Positions 27,027 through 43,661 of a stretch of 64,000 nucleotides of DNA are shown here, piece by piece (within the stretch, counting starts at the first letter, position 1; every line of letters begins with the position of its first letter). Made by a program: the position numbers and the translations under genes. Source of the stretch: Anaeramoeba ignava BMAN (taxonomy: Eukaryota; Protista; Anaeramoebae); assembly GCA_028826165.1 (NCBI GenBank), contig JAPDFW010000093.1:186001-250000 (forward strand), written 5' to 3'. The notes beneath the pieces are model-generated. The model was not told where the DNA came from. It did not search any database and saw nothing but the letters and a program-made list of their open reading frames with translations.

Positions 27027-27617
27027 ATTGATTTTGTTGTTGTTGTTGTTTTTTTTTGAATTGATTTGATTTGTTCAAAAAAAAATTTTTCATTCCTTTT
27101 TTGATTTTAATTTTGATTTTAATTTTGATTTTAATTTTGATTTTAATTTCATGTTGATTTTGATTGATTGATTGATTTTATTTGAATTGATTTTATCTGT
27201 TCTTTTTTTTCCAGATTAATTTCAAATAAAATAACAAAAATTGAATTATTATTTTTATTTTTATTTTTTTTTGCTTTTTAAAAATTGTAAAATTGATCAA
27301 AAGAAATTAAAAAGAAATTAAAAAGAAAAAGAAAAACTTTCAAAAAAAAAAAAGGGAAAAAAAAAATGAGGAAAATTGTTTGATCAATAAAAACAAAAAT
27401 TAAATAGAAAATTAAAATTAAAATTAAAATTAAAATGAAACTCAATTTAAAATCCAACATAAAAATTTCAATGATCTTTGTCATTCATTTTTATTTTTAT
27501 TTTTATTTTTATTTGTTGAGATTAAAAAGAAAAAACTGAGAAAATTTTCATCATTTTTTTCTTTATTTTTTTTCTTTTTAATCTTTTTATTATTTTTTTT
27601 AAAAAACACAAACGAAA

Positions 27618-28926
27618 ATGGGAAATGAAATTCAAATTAAAAAAGAAACAAAATCTGCAGTTAAAAAGTATTTAAAAAAGATACATTCCTCAAAAGATGC
27701 AATTGTTATTGTTACACAAGAAAATGGATACATTGAAGCAAATAAAAAAGCAGTTAAATTTTTTGAAGCAAAATCAAGAGAAGAATTATTAAAACATCGA
27801 CCAGATACTTTAAGTCCAAAAATGCAATCACATTTAGGAAAAAGTTCAAAGGAAGTTCTTAAAGAAGTAATTGAGAAAGCTTGGAAGTAAGAAAAAAAAA
27901 CTAAAAAGAAAAAAAAGAAAAAAACTAAAAAGAAAAAAAATTATTTTTTCATTTCATTTTTTTTTCTTTTTTTTGATCAATAAATATATAATAATAATAA
28001 TATTAATAATAATAATAAAAGATCTAAAGATGGATATTATGATTTGATTGTTGAACACATTAGTTTAAAAGGGAATCAAATTTTTGCTCGTGTTTGGGTT
28101 AGTGTATGTTATTAATTCTTATTATTATTATTTTTTGATTTTTTTATTTTTTGATTATTTTTTGATTTTTTGATTATTTTTTGATTTTTTTATTTTTTGA
28201 ATTAAGCCAGTTAAATTAATGGAAAAAATAGGTAAATAATTCTTATTTTTTTTTTTATTTTTTACTGAGAACTATTTCGAAAACCAAAATTTTATTTAAA
28301 AAAATAAATATAAATATAAACATAAACATAAACATAAATATAAATTAAAAGCTGTTCAAGCTGTTATTAAAAAAGTGTCAAATCCAATTTTGGATGATCA
28401 AAAATCAAATGAAACAACATCAACTGATATAGATAGTTCACTTATTAAACCAAAAATTGATGATGATGATGATGATGATAATAATAATAATAATGATGAT
28501 GATGAAAGCAGTGATTCTTATATTGAAACACAAACTGAAACAAGATCAATTCTTCAAAAACAAACTTCAATTTCTGAATGGACAAAAGATAATTTAGATA
28601 AAGAAATCCTAAAACTTGATGAAGAAATAGAAAAAGGAAGAAAAGAAAAAGGAAAATTGGAAAAAATTAAATTCAAGGTTCTGCAAAAACAAGTAAATGA
28701 AAGAACTCAAGAAAATACTCAACTTAAAAATGAAATTCTTGTTCTTCAACAATTACTTGATGAAATGAAAAGATCTAATGAAGAAATTGAAACAGAATCT
28801 CAACTTCAAGAAAAAATCCAAATTTGTAAAAAGAAGAAAAAGAAATATAAAACTGAAGTTGAAAGATTAACTAACAGACTTAAAATGGTTGAATTTGAAA
28901 AAGAAAATTTAAAGAAATTAATGTGA
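27618..28926 (+). CDS. PAS-coiled-coil copy 7
   Basis: Same four-exon structure; poly-D/N insertion in the linker. Confidence 0.85.
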
Positions 28927-29268
28927 ATTGATTTTGTTCCACTTTTTTTTTTTTTGAAATCAATTTCTAATTCAAAAATTTCTTTTTGTTTTTTTTAAAA
29001 AAAAATGAAAATTTTTTCACAAAATTTGATTTAAAATTTATTTTTGATTTATTTTTGATTATTTTTGATTATTTTTAAAAAAAAAGAAATGAAAAAAATA
29101 AGTAAGAGAATATTTATAAAATTTTAATCAAAAAAAAATGCGAAAATATTTTTAATTTTTAAATAAAAAAAAAAGAAGAAAAAAATAATTTTTCCATTTT
29201 AAGATCATTTTTTTTCTTACATTTTTTTCCTCTAATTCTATTTTTATTTTTTAAATAAAATAACAAAA

Positions 29269-32081
<2,813 letters not shown>

Positions 32082-32292
32082 ATTGATTTTGTTCCACTTT
32101 TTTTTACTTTTTGAAATTTCAAATTCAATTTCAAAATCAATTTCAAAATCAATTTCAATTTCAATTTCAAAATCAATTTCAATTTCAAATTCAAAATCAA
32201 TTTCAAATTCAAAATCAATTTCAAAAAAATTCAAAAATTTTTCATTTTTCATTTTTCATTTTTCATTTTTCATTTTTCATTTTTCTTTTAAA

Positions 32293-35200
32293 ATGTCAAA
32301 CAAAAAATTTTTACAAAAGTAAATCTCTTTTAAGATCAAAATAGTTTCCAAGAATTAACTTTATTTTTATTTTTATGTTTTATTTTTATTTTTATTTTTA
32401 TTTTTATTTTTTATTAGTTTTCAAGAGGTTTTAATTTTAAATCCAAAACAGAAAACAAAGAAAAAATAAGTAAATAAAAATAACCAATATTCAAAATAAT
32501 AAATTTTAATTTAGGAAAGTGATCTTCCAGAAAGAATTCAAAATTTAAAAAAAGTAATTCAATCAAAAGAAGGAAAAAGTAAAGGAGGGAATTTTAAAAT
32601 GTGTTTTAGATATGTTTTTGCAAATATAAAAAGAAATCCACGTTCATTTATTATTGGAGTTTCTTCAATTTTTCTTGTAGTTTTTTTTGTTAGGTAAATT
32701 CAAATTCAAAATCAAAATTAAATTCAAAATCAAAATCAAAATAAAAATCAATTTCAAAATCAAAATTAAAATTAAAATTAAAATCAAAATCAAAATCAAA
32801 TTCAAATTCAAATTCAAAATCAAAATCAAAATCAAAATTCAAAATCAAAATTAAAATAAAAATCAATTTCAAAATCAAAATTAATTTAAAATCAAAATCA
32901 AAATCAAAATTAAAATTAAATTCAAAATCAAAATTAAAATAAAATTCAAAATCAAATTCAAAATCAAAATCAAAATTAAAATCAAAATTCAAAATCAAAA
33001 TCAAAATTAAAATCAAAATCAAATTCAAAATTAAAATTAAAATAAAATTAAAAATCAAAATCAAATTAAAATCAAAATTAAAATTAAAATCAAATTCAAA
33101 ATCAAAATCAAAATCAAAATTTAAAAAGTTTGCTTGATAATACATTGAAAAAAGCACCATGGATTTATTTAGCTTTAAGTGAAGATACAACAGGAGAAAT
33201 TGATGCACAGGTTTTTTTATTAAAAAATTAAGATTAAAAAATTAAAAATAAAAATTAAGATTAAAAAATTAAAAAATTAAAATTAAAATTAAAAAATAAA
33301 AATAATTAAAGATCACACCCACAACATACAATCAAGAAGTATATTGGGTGAATTACACAGAAATGAACGAAAAACTATCAGGATCTTCAGATATACATGG
33401 AGCAGCCCCAAGATGGGTAGCGCGAGCGAACATATCAAGCAAAACAAACGAAAATTTTCAAACAACAGCCAACGTATTAATTCTTGACACAAAAAAAGAA
33501 AAAGAAATGGGATTGAGTCGAGCATGGGATAAAAGGGTTCTTGGGGAAGAAGAAGCATATGTTTCGGATAATCTTCTCCGGATCTTGGGAGTTCAATCTA
33601 ATTGCGGAGATCGGGTTGTCGTTAATATCACGCTGGAAACTATTTTATCATTGCTTGGAATCGATTTTCCTGATATTAATAACGCAACAGCTTATGAAGA
33701 AACTAAATTTATATTTGAATATTTCTTTGGAATCAATATGAATGAAACATACACAATTAATCTCACTCAAGTTTTAATGAATTTGGGAATTGAGGTTCCT
33801 CCTTGGATTCCTACGGATAATATCACAGCAACAGGCGAAGAAATCTTTGATTTCATTTGGCCTTCAATCGAGATATTGTCTCAAAACAACACAAATATTC
33901 TTCAAGGTTTTACCTCTGAATTTTCCGTTATCGATAAAATCAAAAGTTCCGAAGGAAAATATCCAAGTTCAATCGGAAGTGTTGTCATGATTGATTCGCG
34001 TTTTGCGCTTAAATCGCTAACTACAACCATGATTCAAACTCTCAATTTCTACTCAGTATTTGCTGATATTTTGGGGTTTGGGAATGCCACTGAAATTATT
34101 GATTTCCTGGAAAATTTAGAAATCAATGATTATGCGTTTTCTATTGTTATTCAAATGAAAGACCGTTTAGATGCGTATATGAAAAGCGGGCAGAAATTTG
34201 ATGATGCCTTTATAGAATTTTCAAATTCAATTAGTTACAAACTTGGCTATAAAAACCCTAATTATGATTTATCTCTTCCTCTTTATACTGCTCTAAATGG
34301 CCTTGTTTTTATCCGAATTTTTTTGAATCAAGTTTTTGCTTCTGTAATTGCTTTGCTTGTTATTTTATGTTTGGCTCTTATTTATTCTCTCATGATTTCT
34401 GATGTTGAAGAGAAAACTTATGAATATGGAATGCTTAGAGCAATTGGGATGAAAAATAATTCTCTTGTTTTGCTTTTGGTTATTCAAGCCTTTTCTTTTT
34501 CTATACCCGCAATCTTGTTGGGTTTGTTTGTTTCTTTTCTTGCAAATCTTGGTGTTGCAAAACTTGTTGCTGGTTTTGCTAGATTTCCTGTTTCATACAC
34601 TTATACAACAGAACCTATAGTTTTATCTATTATGATTGGTTTATTAATGCCTTTAGTTGCAAATATTCTTCCTATTCGTGTACATAAATCAAAATTCAAA
34701 ATTAAAAATTAAAATCATAAATCAAAATTCAAAATTAAATCAAAATTTAAATATTTTAGAAAGTATTGGCTAAAAGACTTCGTGATTCTTTAGATATTTA
34801 TCACGAAAGCTTTTCTGATGTGATTGTTACAATGGTAAAACTTGCAAAATTGCGTATTTCAGTCGGACAGACATTAGTATCTTTATTATTAGTTGTTACA
34901 GGAGTTGTTTTTTATTATGGAATTCCTTTAACGTTTATTTATCTGAATTTTTCTGGATTTTTTGCAATATTCATATCAATTTTAATTGGTAATTCAAATA
35001 AAAATATATATTTCAATTCGATTCAATTCAAATCAAAAATGAATTTAATCAATTATTCATTTATTTTTTATCGAAAAACAAAGGTTTGTTATTTGGTTTA
35101 TCTCTTGTTGGTCAAGTTTTTCAACCTTTTTTGGAAAAATTATTTGTGTATTTAATTGTTTGGGGAAAAGATTTACATTTAAGATTATTAGTAAAGAAAA

Positions 35201-37268
35201 ATCTTGCATCTCATCGAAAAAGAAACAAAAAAACAGCTGTTATTTTTACAACAGTTCTTGCTTTTATGTATTTTTTTTATAAAAGAAAAAGAAAGAAAGA
35301 AAGAAAGAAAGAAAATATTTAATTTAAATTCTTTTTATTCTCTTTTATTTAAATCAAGAATATTTTCTGGTTCATTAAGTGTTCTTTATTCAGTTTCAAT
35401 GAAAAAGCAAATCCAAATGCTTTTTGGTTCAGATATTGTTCTTCAATCGTTAAATATTCATGATCCATTAAACAAAGATGATTATATTTCTTATCTTGAA
35501 GATGCAAAAAAATATTATCCAATAGATTCTTTTGCTTGTATTATTTAATTTTCTTTTAAGATATTAAAAAATCCTTTTATTAAAAATGTTCAAAATTATC
35601 AATTTAATTTTTATTAATTTATCAAATTTCTAGTTACGACATTTCCTTTTTCAAGTAATGATTTTATTGATTGGACTTCAGTAACAAATTTACCAGAATC
35701 TCGTTATTTTGAGGCTGTAATTTAAAATTCATTTAAAAATTTAAAATTCATTTAAAAAATTAAAATTTAAATTAAAAATTAGCTACTGTATGGCTTAGAG
35801 GAATATTTTCTAGAATCAACATATTCAGAATTTTTTGTGATCAAAAATTACACAAAACAATTTAATTATGACAAAGTTGGAAAAGTAAAAAATATAGTAA
35901 AAAGTTTATATACAGATGCTGGTAAACAAAAAATATCAGTTGATTCTGATTTTTCAATTCCAGAAGATACAGTTTCAGGGGAAATTCTTCCTGGATTTTA
36001 TTATGTTGATTACAAATCACCAAATCAAACAATAATAAAACCTGATGAAAATAATTCACTAAATAGTATTAATGTTTATCAAAGAAGTGATGATGATTTA
36101 TATATTAATTATTTAGATGTTATTCTTGGTCAATCTTTAGTAAACAAGAAATCATCATAAAAAAACAACAATCATTTGGAAATTTTATTATTATTATTAT
36201 TATTATTTTTGCAATTATTTATTAGCATCTTTCTCTTGCAATTACTCCAGATTCTCCTATAAGAATTGATAATGAAATTGGAATTTCACAATTTAATAAA
36301 ACTTATCTTGTTTCTCTTGCAAAAATTCGTTCAATGAATTCTCAATGTCCTGGTTATTTTCTTTCTTCTTATCAAATGTTTGCATTATCATCTCCTGCAT
36401 TTACTTCTATTCCAGAATATTTGAATTTATTAAATTTATCTGCAGAAATTTACAATAATGTATGTATTAATAAAAAATATATTCCATAATCAATAAAAAA
36501 TAATCAATAATAAAAATATATTAAATAAATAGGCAACAGGATCTAATTATTCATATACTTCTGCTCCTATTGAAAGATTATTTGTTAAAATGAAATCTGA
36601 TGCATCTAATGATAATTTAATTGATGTTTTAAATGGGATAAAAAGTGTTAAAAACTCTAATTTTTATGTTTATTTTAATACTCCTGCAATTGTAGATTCT
36701 GCATCAGTTGCAATTAATGGTTTATTGATATTCTTCAATATTGTTTCTGTAGTTGCATTAATTTTATGTTTCTTTGTACTTTGGTTATCTTTTATAGCAA
36801 ATATTCGTGAAAATTCATGGGAATTTGGAGTTTTAAGAGCAATTGGAATTAGTGTACAAAATAATTTTCGATTTAAATAATTTTAAATACTTAATTTAAT
36901 TTTTCAATTTAAATATTTAAAAGGGAAATCAAGCTGCAAGAATTTATATTTATGAAGCCTTTTGTCTTGTTTTATCTTGTATTTTACTTGGATCTATTAT
37001 CGGTTTGATTCAAATAAATTCAAAAAGAAAATTTAAATTAATCAAAAAATTTTTTAAATTAATCAAAAAAACAGGAATTTTGATTGCAATCACTATATTT
37101 TTACAATACTTATTATTTACAGAAATGGCATTTGAATTTTTATTTCCAAATACACTTTATTTTTCAGTTATTGGAATGTCTTTAGCAGTTGCATTTTTAG
37201 CTTCATATCTTTCATTAAGAACTTTAAAGAAAAAAACAATTGCAGTTGTTCTTCGAGGAAAATTTTAA
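32293..37268 (+). CDS. FtsX/MacB-type (type VII ABC) permease with two FtsX domains, many introns
   Basis: N-terminal YVFANIKRNPRSFIIGVSSIFLVVFFV; two FtsX signatures, SDVEEKTYEYGMLRAIGM and ANIRENSWEFGVLRAIG, each flanked by hydrophobic helices; large luminal loops. The start codon and 10-nt microexon (32418-32427) are less certain. Confidence 0.85.
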
Positions 37269-37707
37269 ATTTTTAGATTGAATTTTTAAATCAATTTTGA
37301 ATTGAATTTTAAATTTTTAAATTGAATTTTAAATCAAATTTTGAATTGAATTTTGAATTAAATTTTTAAATTGAATTTTAAATTGAATTTTGGATTGAAT
37401 TTTGAATTGAATTCTGGATTAAATTTTAAATTGAATTTTGGATTAAATTTTAAATTAAATTTTGAATTGAATTTTAAATTTAGATTTTAAATTGAATTTT
37501 AAATTAAATTCTAAATTAAATTTTAAATTGAATTTTGGATTAAATTCTAAATTTAGATTTTAAATTTAGATTTTAAAACAGAAAGAAAAATAATAAAAAG
37601 AAAAAGATTTGAGAAAAAAAAATTTTAAATAAAAAAAAATTAAAAAATTGATTTTTTATTTTTCATTTTTTTACTTTTTCATTTATTTTTTTAATTAAAA
37701 TAATAAA

Positions 37708-40700
37708 ATGATTCTGAATGAAACAAATGAATTTGAAAAATTTCAAAAATTAGAAACTTCACATCAAATTTATTTTCGTAATTAATTAATTAAAAAAAAA
37801 AATTAATTAAAAATTAATTAAAAATTAATTTAAAAAAAATTGGCAAAAAAAAAAAGAAAATCAAAAAAAAGAAAAAGCAAAAGAAAATCTTGATTGGATT
37901 GAACCAAATTTAAGTTTTGTTCAATTTGAAATTAATGATTTAGCTAAAAATATTTCACAAAATAAAAATAATTCACATAAAATTCCAAAAAGTGAATCGA
38001 AACCAAAAAAAAATTATTTCTTTACTCCAAAATTTTCAAATCCAGTTGATGTTTCAGTATTTTTTCCAAAAGAAAACACAAAAAAAATAACGGAACCAAA
38101 TTTATCAAAAGAAAAACAAGAAAAACAAGAAAAACAAAAACAAGATAATTTAGAAAAACAAATAAAAGAAGTAAAAATACAAAATAATATAAATTTCCAA
38201 CAAGAAAAGGATAACGATAATTCACAATTTGATCTACAAAATATGAGAAAATCAAAATCAATTCATTTTCAAACTAATTCTCGTTTTACAAGAAATTTGG
38301 AGAAAAAAAGAAATTTCCAAAAAAAAACAATGGCAAAATTATCAAAAATTAGTTTATCAGAAGAAATTCATTCAAAAAATAGAGTTGAACAAATATTAAA
38401 ATTAACCAAAAAAAGAATTGAAAATCAAAATGAAAATGAAAATGAAAATGAAAATGAAAATGAAAATGAAAATCAAAATCAAAATGAAAATCAAATTGAA
38501 AATGAAAATGAAAATCAAAATCAAAATCAAATTCAAATTCAAATTGAAAATCAAATTGAAAATCAAATTGAAAATGAAAATCAAATTGAAAATGAAAATC
38601 AAATTGAAAATAAAATTGAAAATCAAAATGAAAATCAAATTGAAAATCAAATTGAAAATCAAAATCAAAATCAAAATCAAAATCAAAATCAAAATCAAAA
38701 TCAAATTGAAAATGAAAATGAAAATGAAAATGAAAATGAAAATGAAAATCAAATTAAAAATCAAATTGAAAATCAAAATAAAATTGAAAATCAAAATCAA
38801 AATCAAAATCAAATTGAAAATCAAATTGAAAATAAAAATCAAAATCAAAATCAAAATCAAAATCAAAATCAAAATCAAATTCGAAAATAAAATTGAAAAT
38901 CAAAATCAAAATCAAAATAAAAATCAAAATCAAATTGAAAATCAAATTCAAAATCAAAATCAAAATCAAAATAAAATTGAAAATCAAAATAAAAATCAAA
39001 ATCAAAATCAAATTAAAAATCAAAATCAAAATCAAAATCAAATTGAAAACGAAATGGAAATTGAAAATAAATCTTTGGAAGAAATTCTAAGTGATAAACT
39101 TGCTCTTGCTTATTTTGATCAATTTCTTCATGAACAATATTCAAGCGAAAATTTACATTTTTATAATTCAGTTTGCAAATACAGAACAATACTTGATCCA
39201 GTTGAAAGATCATCTGTTGGACAATTAATATTTAACAAAGTAAAACAAATTAAATGAAGGAAAAAAAAAAGGAATGTTTTTTTATTGATTGATTAATTTA
39301 AATTTGAATTTATTTTTGTTTGTATTTTTATTTGGGGAATATTTAGTACATTTCGGAATTATCGCCTTATGAAACGAATTTAAATTCAACTACAAAACAA
39401 AAAATCAAGAAAAATATTGAATTACAAGGATATAAAGAGGATCTTTTTGATGAAGCTTCTGATCACATATATTCTGTAATGAACAGACATTCACTTCCGT
39501 TATTTCTGAAATCAATTCATTGGATGCATTTCCATAAAGATCTTGAATTATTAGCAAGAAATAAAAAGCCAAGAGGCCCTATTACAGAGAAGGATCATAT
39601 ATTTGAATTGTTTGTAAATAAGCAAAAACAATACACAGAAAAATTGAAGTGGTTCGAACAAAAAGTGATCGAGATCATCTCAAGGAAAATTTTATTTGAA
39701 AACTTCCCATTTTTATCGGGTCTTCTTATCCAGTATCAAGCTATCGGTGATATCAATGAGAAGTTTACAAATGTTCTGCTTATGAAAAGAACGGAATGGA
39801 CTTATGAAACAGAATTTTCTGATTTATTTGCAAGTCATTTCAAATCTTTTACGAATTTGATTCAAGGATATTTTCGCAATTTACAAAAATCAGATGAAGA
39901 ACTGGAAAAATTAAAAGAGATGAAATTAATCAAATCTTTATTGAAAAAAATAAAAACAGTTCGTGATATGAAGGAACTGCTATTCAAGCCTATTAGACTA
40001 TTATATCGTCTTTTATTAGTTCTGAAGAAATTTGTGAGAGCAATTCCCGAAGATAATCAAGATCATTTGCCAATGAACTATATCCAACAGGAAGTGGAAT
40101 CGCAAATCATGCCAATCGTTCAAGATCAGCTTTTGGAGCAAAAATTTGAGGAGGAAGAATTGGCAAAATTGAAGAAAATGCATTTAATTAGAGATGGAGT
40201 TGGAATTGTGAAAAAGTATCAACCAAATGCAAAATTTGAAGGAAAAACAATTCATTTATTACTATTTCAAGAGAAATTATGCTGGATTTTTGAGGAATTT
40301 GGAAGGGATAATAATAACAATAACAATAATAACAATAATGGAAATGATATTGATGATATTGATGATATTGATGATATTGATGATATTGATAATATGGATA
40401 ATATGGATAAGCAAAAATTACGCAAAAAAAAAAAAGAAAATAAACCCAAATTTCATATTGATCAAGAAGTAAACTTGGATTGTATTTGGATTGATAAAAA
40501 CCCTGAAGGATTTAAATTTAGTCGAGAACAAATCCTTCAAATTCGCGCACCGAATATCAATTTGATTATCACAATCAGCGATGTTAGTGATTGGATTGCT
40601 GATATAAGTTGCGCAGTTGCATCTCAATTAGGATTGGATTGCTTCGAAAGCTTGATTTTACAAGAAAGAACAGGGGATTTCAAATTGCCTGATCACAGCT

Positions 40701-42084
40701 TGTATCAAGGAAAAATCAAAGAAGGAGAAATGGTTGGATTTGGAAGGCTAGTTTATCCTAATGAATCAATTTACGAAGGCAACTTTGTTCATAATGAAAA
40801 AAATGGAGAAGGAAAATTCACGTTTCCTAACGGAGATGTTATCATCTCATCTTTTAAACAAGGAATGCCTAATGGAAATGGAGAGCTCCATTTTGCTCAT
40901 GGCACAAAATTTGTTGGTCAGTTTGTAAATGGGAAGATATCAGGAAAAGGGAAATTTCAGTTTTTGGATCACTCATCTTATTCAGGAGATTTGCAAAATG
41001 GCAAAATTGAGGGAGAAGGTGTGTTTGTTTATGCAAATAGAGATATTTATCAAGGGAAATTTGTGGATAACCAAAAATGCGGTTTTGGGGAATTGATTCA
41101 ATCAAATGGAAATGTTTATCGTGGAAATTGGGAAAATGACCGCAAAAATGGAAAAGGAAAAATGATTTATAATAATGGTGATATTTATGATGGAAGTTGG
41201 AAAAATGATTTGGTTTGTTCCAAAAAAAAAAAAATAATAATAATAATAATAATAAAAAAGGAATAACATTTTTTTGTTGAATTGAAAATGTAGAGAAACG
41301 GAGAAGGTAGTTTTATTACAAAAAAGAATAAATATCAAGGAAATTGGAGCAATAATCTAAAATCGGGAAAAGGAAAGATGGAATATTCAAATGATAAATT
41401 TTATGAAGGAAATTGGAAAAATGGATATAGAGAAGGTTTTGGATTATTCATCAATTTAAATATAGAATATATAGGGAATTGGTAAAAAAACCAAAAATAA
41501 TAATATAATTCAATTCAATTTATATTCAATTTATATTCAATTTATATTCAATTTTTATAGGTTAACTAATTTACCAAATGGAAAAGGTGTTTTGAAAATT
41601 TATGAAGAAAAATTGAATATCAAAGAATATCATAATCCAAAATTCAAAAAACCGCAAGTAATTGAGCAATATGAAGGAAATTTCCAAGATGGAATATTGG
41701 AAGGATTGATCAAAATGAATAAATTTGGAGGTTTTGAATTTTATGGAAAAATGAAACAAGGAAATGTATGAAAAAAACAAATCAAATCAAATCAAAACAA
41801 AACAAAACAGAAATTATTCATTTATTTACTTTTTGTTTTTTAAGTTTGAAGGATTAGGGAAATTTTCTTTTAAAAATCAAGCAATAATTGAATGTGAATG
41901 GAAATCAAATGAAGTGAAGAAAAATTCATATTCTTTATCTTATTCAGAAAAAACAACAAAAAATTTAAATAGAAAAGAAGAAGAAGAATATTTCTTTTTA
42001 AAACATTACAATTCTGAAAAAACAAATTTAGACTTAAATTTATGGTTGATTTCTCCACAAGAACCAAAAATTTTTCAATTTTAA
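37708..42084 (+). CDS. RGS + degenerate DH (RhoGEF-like) + PH + MORN-repeat protein
   Basis: RGS: SLEEILSDKLALAYFDQFLHEQYSSENLHF..|YISELSPYETNL..LFDEA..HSLPLFLKS. DH-like: ELLFKPIRLLYRLLLVLKKFVRAIPEDNQDH. PH-like: HLLLFQEKL..W. Ten or more MORN units (YEGNFVHNEKNGEGKFTFPNG). The 5' structure is uncertain. Confidence 0.75.
38418..39050 (+). repeat. Probably coding hexamer repeat (GAAAAT/CAAAAT/CAAATT)n giving an (EN/QN/QI)n tract of about 210 aa
   Basis: In frame with upstream coding sequence and runs into the RGS domain, with one frame slip at ~38881. Confidence 0.8.
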
Positions 42085-42173
42085 AGAATCAAAAAAAAAC
42101 AACAAAATGGAATTTTATTTGTTTTTAGTTTTATTTAAAAAATAAAAAATTGAAAGAATAAAAAAAAAGTTTT

Positions 42174-43625
42174 TTAAATGAAATAAGTTTCAAGTTCATC
42201 AACATTCCAATTACTATAAGAACCAGCTAAATAATTTTCAGCCTCTTTTGTTTCTTGTTGAATTCCATCAGGAAGATGATAAGTATATCCAATATTTGAA
42301 TAACCAGATTGTAAATTAGAAAGTAAACCAAAATCTCTTCCTCTTCCAAAAACTGGACCTCTTTCTGAATAATTGTAGAAAATTGAATATTGTTGGTTTT
42401 CTTTCTTAATTTTAAATTTTTCTGATTTTCTATCATTCTTATCATTTCTTAATGAAAAAATAAATGCATTTGGATCAATGATATATCCAAAATATCCATT
42501 TCGATTTTCTTTTCTCCATTTTGATTTATCAGTTGTCCATCCAACTTGAGTGAATCCTCCAAAAATAAAATTATCTTTTGTTTTGATAATAACTAATGTT
42601 TTTCCTTTATTATCACAAATTGAATGCCATTTATTACAATCAAATCCATCTCTTTTTGCTGAAAATCCCAAATCCATTTTATAAAAGAATTCATCATCAT
42701 TTATCCATTCTTTTAATTTCTTGAAATGTTCCTTTTCTTGAATAATTAGAGATTTGAATCTAACTCTTGGTTGAAAAATTAATGAGTTTTCATTTTCATT
42801 TTGAATAAATTGATCTAATTCTTTTTTATCATTTTGTTTTTGAAGTTTTTGGAATTGAATTAATTTTTGTGAAATTTGATTTGGAATTAAATCTTCTTTC
42901 AAAGTATCTTCAATTTCTTGTTCTGAAAAATCAATAAATCTGATTTTATCAATAAAATTTGAAATTTGATTTTGTAATTTTTCTTTTTCTTGATTAATAT
43001 TTAATTTATGTTTTCCCCATTTTATTATTGCTTGAAATAGTTCAAATTCATTTATTCGGATTTTATCATTTGATAATATTGAATTTAAATGATTTTCTTC
43101 AAGTTCAAGAAAAAATGAAGTTTCGATAAGTTCTGTAAAATTTTGCAAAATAAATTGATAAGAAGAATCAAATAGTTCGTTTAAATTCATTGATTCAGAT
43201 AATTTAAGAACATCAACAATGGTTTCAATTTGTAAATTGTTTTTGATAAATTTTAAAGAAATTTGAATTAATTCATCAATAAAATATTTTGAAGAAAAAA
43301 TTAAAATTTCAACTGCATTTTCCAAATTAATTTCAATTTTTCCTGAATAAAAGTAATTCAAAATTGAAGATAGAGCAAAACTTGAAAAATCTTTTAGAAT
43401 TAATCTATTTTCTTGGTATTCTTTCATTTTTGATTTAAAAAGAGATTTAAAATATTGACTTCTTGAAGAAAGAATTGATTTATGAGTTTTGAATGAAGTT
43501 TTATTTTGTTCACAAATTATTTCAAAATCAAAATAACTTTCATTTTCATTTTCATTTTGATTTTGATTTTGAAATAAATTTTTTAAATCATTTGAAAGTT
43601 TTTCTAAATTTAAATAAGTTTCCAT
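42174..43625 (-). CDS. BTB-BACK-TLDc protein, copy A (intronless)
   Basis: DFEIIC..FKTHKSILSSRSQYFKSLF (BTB); EFELFQAIIKW (BACK); SAKRDGF..WHSICDNKGKTLVIIKT..IFGGFT..AFIFSL..GPVFG..ELETY (TLDc). Confidence 0.92.
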   Translation of the reverse strand: METYLNLEKLSNDLKNLFQNQNQNENENESYFDFEIICEQNKTSFKTHKSILSSRSQYFKSLFKSKMKEYQENRLILKDFSSFALSSILNYFYSGKIEINLENAVEILIFSSKYFIDELIQISLKFIKNNLQIETIVDVLKLSESMNLNELFDSSYQFILQNFTELIETSFFLELEENHLNSILSNDKIRINEFELFQAIIKWGKHKLNINQEKEKLQNQISNFIDKIRFIDFSEQEIEDTLKEDLIPNQISQKLIQFQKLQKQNDKKELDQFIQNENENSLIFQPRVRFKSLIIQEKEHFKKLKEWINDDEFFYKMDLGFSAKRDGFDCNKWHSICDNKGKTLVIIKTKDNFIFGGFTQVGWTTDKSKWRKENRNGYFGYIIDPNAFIFSLRNDKNDRKSEKFKIKKENQQYSIFYNYSERGPVFGRGRDFGLLSNLQSGYSNIGYTYHLPDGIQQETKEAENYLAGSYSNWNVDELETYFI

Positions 43626-43661
43626 TTTGAATAAAAAAATGAAAAAAAAAAATGAAAACTT

